Source: Candidatus Latescibacterota bacterium (GTDB lineage Bacteria > Latescibacterota > UBA2968). Taken from it: 64,000 nt of DNA. Positions 59,858-64,000 of the stretch are shown here, one piece after another (positions within the stretch are counted from its first letter, which is position 1; each line of letters begins with the position of its first letter). The translations under genes and the position numbers were made by a program. Location of the stretch: NCBI GenBank assembly GCA_965222605.1, contig OZ244960.1, forward strand, positions 1,600,001-1,664,000, in the 5' to 3' direction. The notes beneath the pieces are model-generated. The model ran no database searches. It was not told the DNA's origin and was given only the letters and a program-made list of their open reading frames with translations.

Positions 59858-60376
59858 TCAAATAAAATCGAGATATAAACGACTGGATTGAATACCCGTG
59901 TTGTTTTGATATTTGCCACTTTCGTAGGTCTCGAAATCGCCATCCAGGGTATGATAGTAAATTTGACAGATTTCCACATTTGGATAGATCCGGATGGGCC
60001 GAATACAAAACATCTCCAAAGTCCAGTAGCCAGCAAATCCCACATCACCAAAACCTGCGGTCACGTGTACAAACAGCCCCAATCTGCCCACTGATGACCG
60101 CCCCTCGAGCATGGGGACATAATTATTCGTTTGGGTGAATTCTGCTGTCCTGCCAAGATAGAGCGTTTGGGGTTGCATCTCGTACCCATCATCCGAAATT
60201 TGAATGGATCGCGTGCGATTTTTCTTTTTCATATCGAGAACGCCATCCTCGTATATCATGAGTTCATTGGCAAGTGAAAGATTATAACTATTTGGATTGA
60301 GCCTGGCAGGATCAAACGGCTCAATAATAATGTCTTTTCCCATTCGCTCGTGAATCATTTTTCCCGACAAAATCAT
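59858..60376 (-). CDS. dcd: dCTP deaminase (trimeric dUTPase fold)
   Basis: MILSG, LNPNSY.L.L, GRSS.GRLG, GF.G..TLE, ICQ, GKYQ; start moved to ATG 60376. Confidence 0.88.
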   Translation of the reverse strand: MILSGKMIHERMGKDIIIEPFDPARLNPNSYNLSLANELMIYEDGVLDMKKKNRTRSIQISDDGYEMQPQTLYLGRTAEFTQTNNYVPMLEGRSSVGRLGLFVHVTAGFGDVGFAGYWTLEMFCIRPIRIYPNVEICQIYYHTLDGDFETYESGKYQNNTGIQSSRLYLDFI

Positions 60377-60390
60377 AACGCGCGCCCCGA

Positions 60391-60873
60391 CTATTCTACT
60401 TCTGGAAGATCTCTGTACATTATGTGCATATAGTCTGTAAATCCATGCTTTCTCCAAAATGAATATCCAACTGTATTCATAGAAGCCACCCGCAGTTCGA
60501 CTCTGTCTATTCCCCGAAACCGAAACCAATCCAACACCTCTTTTACCATCAACTCTCCAAGTCCTTTTCTCCTGTGTTCAGAAGAAACAGCCAAATCTTC
60601 AATAGTGCCACAGGTTTGCTTGACGAATACGGGAGGATATTTGTCAATTCTTGCTATTCCGAAGCCCATTGGCTTTGTATTCTCGACCGCTATAATCACA
60701 AGGGCATCCTCAGCCGCGATCAGTCTTGCCAGATTCTTACCCATGCTTTCTTCCGCATCATCAGACAGGGTATATCTCGAATCAAACGGAACATGAAAAT
60801 CCATGAGTTCTTTCCAGATCTCGAGTATAGCGGGTATGTCAGATTTGCGGGCTTTAACAACTTCCATTTTCAT
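60391..60873 (-). CDS. GNAT acetyltransferase
   Basis: RRKGLG, N..G..FW...GF. Confidence 0.85.
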   Translation of the reverse strand: MKMEVVKARKSDIPAILEIWKELMDFHVPFDSRYTLSDDAEESMGKNLARLIAAEDALVIIAVENTKPMGFGIARIDKYPPVFVKQTCGTIEDLAVSSEHRRKGLGELMVKEVLDWFRFRGIDRVELRVASMNTVGYSFWRKHGFTDYMHIMYRDLPEVE

Positions 60874-60886
60874 TCTCTCCAATATA

Positions 60887-61726
60887 CTATGCGTCATTGA
60901 CCACCTGACCCAAATTGGCTTCCTCAGTCACCTGCGTATATACTTCTGTTTTTGAAACCTCCGAAATTGCGAAATCGAGAAAATCCATTGCCTCCTGTCT
61001 CGCATCCAATTCAATACCGTATTGCCACTCCTGAGCACTGCCTACCAAATTACGCCATCTCTCTCCATAGTTCTCCTTCACCCATGATGCAGCCATCTTC
61101 TTCGAGCCAACTACGGAGCAAATCACAGTATGCAATATTCGACACAGATTCAGGATAAAATACGATTCTTGGTGGCTATCCTTAAAATACTCCGAATTGG
61201 ATTTTTTGGGCACCCATTCCTGAAACAAATCGCGCACGCATGCTTTTCGCACATCCTCAATATCAACCGGGGGCGACAGCTTTTTAAAGCTCGGACCAAA
61301 TAGCGCGATGGAATGACCATAAAGAAAATATTTGTTGATTATCCATTCATTCCCATAAGGTGCCTCTGCATAAAGAGTACAATCACCACCCCAATACCAT
61401 GGTCGAGGCTCCGTTGGAGGCATAACGCCTGGGAGCATTTTAACAGGCGTGTAAGAACACTCTAACCGCCGCGCCCATTTCTCGAACTTCTCTTCCATCT
61501 CTCTGTGTAAACGCCCAATTGAATTGAGTTCGCATCGAGAAACAGGTCGATGCACAATCACAGTAATATCAATATCACTGCTATGGTAGTTAAACGCCCC
61601 ATAGGACAGCGAGCCAGTCAGATATATCCCGAGTACGTTTCCATCGAGAACGGGAATAACGCTTCTAACAAAAAAATCTATAATCTCGTTTACATCGGGA
61701 TATTTTGTAAGGTTGCTTGCAATCAT
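60887..61726 (-). CDS. Nucleotidyltransferase, ANT(3'')/AadA-like with DUF4111-type C-terminus
   Basis: GIYL.GS...G.F...SSDIDI, ILNLCR.L, SK..AA.W. Confidence 0.8.
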   Translation of the reverse strand: MIASNLTKYPDVNEIIDFFVRSVIPVLDGNVLGIYLTGSLSYGAFNYHSSDIDITVIVHRPVSRCELNSIGRLHREMEEKFEKWARRLECSYTPVKMLPGVMPPTEPRPWYWGGDCTLYAEAPYGNEWIINKYFLYGHSIALFGPSFKKLSPPVDIEDVRKACVRDLFQEWVPKKSNSEYFKDSHQESYFILNLCRILHTVICSVVGSKKMAASWVKENYGERWRNLVGSAQEWQYGIELDARQEAMDFLDFAISEVSKTEVYTQVTEEANLGQVVNDA

Positions 61727-61748
61727 TGAATTGTCTTCATCTATACTG

Positions 61749-62297
61749 TCACGCCAACTTGCGTTTCATGAATATGGCAACTTCACCCTCAACATCACGG
61801 TTGGTATAATAGGATAGATCCACACCATCGACTTCAAAACCGACACTGCGATAAAAGTCAATGGCTGGCACATTGGTATTTTGAGTCTCACAAACCAAAA
61901 TCCTCAACCCTTCAGCTTTGGCGATTTCTGCTACCTCCTCCATCAATTGCCTACCGACACCCTTTCTCCTATATGACGCAGCAACCCCAAATTCCCGGAT
62001 CCATAGACTCCTATTCCACTCTATCTTTTCCGAAATAGCGATACCCACAAGCTGACCAGCGTCGTAGGCTCCCAACGACAGACCACGATTGACAAGTTCG
62101 CTGTAGTTCCTGAAATCCTCATCTAACATTGACCAGCGTTTCACATAGGATTCATTCAGCTTTTGACGCTTCAGAATAAAGCAGAACTCATCAGCAGTCT
62201 CAGTCTTCGAGACATGGTATCTATCAGTTGAAACATAGCCATCCATTATTTGTAGATCTTCGCGCCGTAACTGCTTTAATTTTCTGATTTCGATCAT
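61749..62297 (-). CDS. GNAT, streptothricin acetyltransferase (Sat)-like
   Basis: WN....I....V...YRRKGVG, ETQNTNVPAI.FY...GF...G.D...Y. Confidence 0.75.
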   Translation of the reverse strand: MIEIRKLKQLRREDLQIMDGYVSTDRYHVSKTETADEFCFILKRQKLNESYVKRWSMLDEDFRNYSELVNRGLSLGAYDAGQLVGIAISEKIEWNRSLWIREFGVAASYRRKGVGRQLMEEVAEIAKAEGLRILVCETQNTNVPAIDFYRSVGFEVDGVDLSYYTNRDVEGEVAIFMKRKLA

Positions 62298-62332
62298 GTA
62301 TTTCTAAGCTCTTTCGCCTAATATCCATAGGT

Positions 62333-63157
62333 TTATTTTGATCTATTATCTTCCAGCCAGCCGACCGTGAAATCCACGACATCACGCTGTGGCATGAACT
62401 GGCAACTCGCGAGACCAACCCTGCCCTGACGCACAACTTTCCCTGCATCCGACCGCAAAAAATCCTCACCTATGCGATCAAAATCCGAACTATCGATATC
62501 AACATCTTCAAAGGTAGCCCAGGTCCTTGAACCCGACGCAGAGATCGGAGCGCCCTCCTGCACAATGCGCCTGGTAGAAAAAGTCGCCCGATATTCCGCA
62601 AGGTGCATAGACGTATTGTTTCCAGGCCCCACACCGAGAAGAAGGACAAAACCGTGCAAATCGTAGATTCTCGCAAGCGGTGAATGCTCACCCATGCCAA
62701 AAGCCAACGAATGATCATTTACGACATACGACGCTTGAGGCCCACGCGCACAAAATGAGTCCAGCGGATGTGAACTACGAAGAACCCCTCTCTGCTTGCG
62801 AAATGTCTCCGCGATAATACCCATAGCACGAGTTGGCGTAAGATCTGGATCGTAAGCCGGCATATTCTCGCGTATTACCGGCCACCACGACTCGGGGACG
62901 GGCGGACTTTCCCACTTGCTCGGCTCGCTCAGACCGGATGAGTGCGCGGGCATTACAAGCGTTCCAGTAGATCCCAAAACTCTCTGAAGCGCGATAACAA
63001 CCGCCACAGATCCTCCGCACACCCATCCCATCGCACTCAAAGACGAATGCACCAACACGACCATCCCCGGTCCAACGCCAAGCGCACTAAGATCCGTCTG
63101 CAACGATTCAATCGTAGCGGGCGTTTTTGTTTTTTGAACAACCTTGTCTTCACTCAT
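62333..63157 (-). CDS. Aminoglycoside N(3)-acetyltransferase family (AAC(3)/YokD-like)
   Basis: VHSSLS..GWV.GG, GTLVMP, MG.I.E.FR, RS.HP..SF, NTS.HLAE. Confidence 0.9.
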   Translation of the reverse strand: MSEDKVVQKTKTPATIESLQTDLSALGVGPGMVVLVHSSLSAMGWVCGGSVAVVIALQRVLGSTGTLVMPAHSSGLSEPSKWESPPVPESWWPVIRENMPAYDPDLTPTRAMGIIAETFRKQRGVLRSSHPLDSFCARGPQASYVVNDHSLAFGMGEHSPLARIYDLHGFVLLLGVGPGNNTSMHLAEYRATFSTRRIVQEGAPISASGSRTWATFEDVDIDSSDFDRIGEDFLRSDAGKVVRQGRVGLASCQFMPQRDVVDFTVGWLEDNRSK

Positions 63158-63167
63158 TATACGTCAC

Positions 63168-63512
63168 CTATTTCGCTGCAATCGCGACCATCTCCACAAG
63201 CGTCTCTCCCTCCAGCTTAACCTCCACACAGGCGCGCTGAGGCCAATTGTCGGCACCAATCCATGTGTCCCAAACCGCGTTGAGGACGGGTTTCTTTGAC
63301 ATATCTGTGATATAAATCGTGACGGAAAGAAGACAAGACTTATCGGTCCCAGCCTCGGCGAGATTCGCGTCCAACTGTTCGAGTGCCTGTTGAGTCTGAC
63401 CCTTGAGGTCTGCGGACACATCCGGTGCGGTGACAACTGTATAGACGATGCCATTGTGCTCAACGGACTTGCTGCGGCCAAATGCCTTTCCCGGATATCG
63501 ATTGATGGCCAT
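63168..63512 (-). CDS. RidA/YjgF family protein
   Basis: QT.Q.L...D..L..AG, N.VWD.W, P.RACV, LVE...IA. Confidence 0.9.
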   Translation of the reverse strand: MAINRYPGKAFGRSKSVEHNGIVYTVVTAPDVSADLKGQTQQALEQLDANLAEAGTDKSCLLSVTIYITDMSKKPVLNAVWDTWIGADNWPQRACVEVKLEGETLVEMVAIAAK

Positions 63513-63911
63513 AAATGCTCCAATAATAGATAGCGTTTTACGACAGAATTTTTACTAATCCTGTGACGATTCTATTAACAGGATGGTTTCTATGATACAC
63601 GCGATAAATTCTTCTGGAGGGGTTGGCGCGATTGGCGTAAGAGTCCGCGGATTGCCAAACGCAGACCGAAGGATGAAGGGAGGTTTGGGTGGGTTGGGTA
63701 AGGCGGGAATTGGTGTATTAAACGCTGGTAGCCTCTTTCTCACTTTATCGGCTGGAGGCGGTCATAATCCTCAGCACGAGTTGAAAATTGAACACTTTGA
63801 GATTTCTGATTCATAGTATAATACCCTATCACTCCGTGTACAAAACATCGGAAAGACGAACTCTATTTCCTAAAGGCTATATTAATTGCATCTTCACAAC
63901 TTGCAGAAAAG

Positions 63912-63985
63912 CGGTGTTGCTCAGGAGATGATATAACTGAAAGTATTCGATCTGGTCCGCCTCATCGTTGAGGTTGATCGTGTCT
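63912..63985 (-). pseudogene. Degraded fragment of a NUDIX paralog
   Basis: 63938-63967 is identical over 30 bp to 59497-59526; translates TINLNDEADQIEYFQLYHLLSNT versus TVQLTDEADQIEYFQLDRIPSNT. Confidence 0.7.
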
Positions 63986-64000
63986 CATGTTTTCGTCCCC

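Noticed and set aside
59858-60376. Anti-phage dCTP deaminase
   Set aside because: Motifs are those of the ordinary trimeric Dcd fold, not the kinase-fused zinc deaminase used in defence.
50626-63523. Classical integron or CALIN
   Set aside because: Most intergenic gaps are too short or overlapping for attC sites; no repeated attC family or integrase seen.
63555-63816. Pro-rich 62-aa and Gly-rich 77-aa overlapping ORFs
   Set aside because: Mutually antisense, no motif or clear RBS; cannot be supported as genes.

Overview
Bacterial chromosomal window: housekeeping blocks interleaved with three accessory regions. (1) 1-12920, minus strand: a tightly coupled defence operon. An Ssp-type DNA phosphorothioation writer (cysteine desulfurase, DUF4007, large ATPase, PAPS-reductase-family protein, i.e. 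SspABCD-like) is joined to a Dnd-associated-looking module: HKD/PLD nuclease-SF2 helicase, 81-aa small protein, DndD-like CxC zinc-hook ATPase, DndE/'dnd-associated protein 4'-like protein and a stand-alone DGQQR DUF262 protein. It continues off the left edge and is headed by a small HTH gene with phased upstream repeats. This is the best candidate for an undescribed system. (2) 31126-38957: a 1720-aa exonuclease-RecQ-UvrD fusion, FitAB/VapBC and HicAB TA pairs, and an HsdR_N-like nuclease. (3) 50626-63985, minus strand: a co-oriented array of small detoxification and resistance-like genes (GNATs, AAC(3), Sat-like, ANT-like, APH-like, NUDIX, HIT, RidA) with gene remnants. The core regions carry a frameshifted FtsX-type permease with a sigma-54 promoter, PBP1A, sugar-nucleotide genes, catabolic enzymes, Mrp/ApbC, an RND efflux system, an M23 peptidase and hflX. 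Intergenic DNA holds a nested MITE, REP-like hairpins and a candidate small RNA. No rRNA, tRNA, CRISPR array, integrase or transposase was seen. All family calls come from motif recognition by eye, not database searches.
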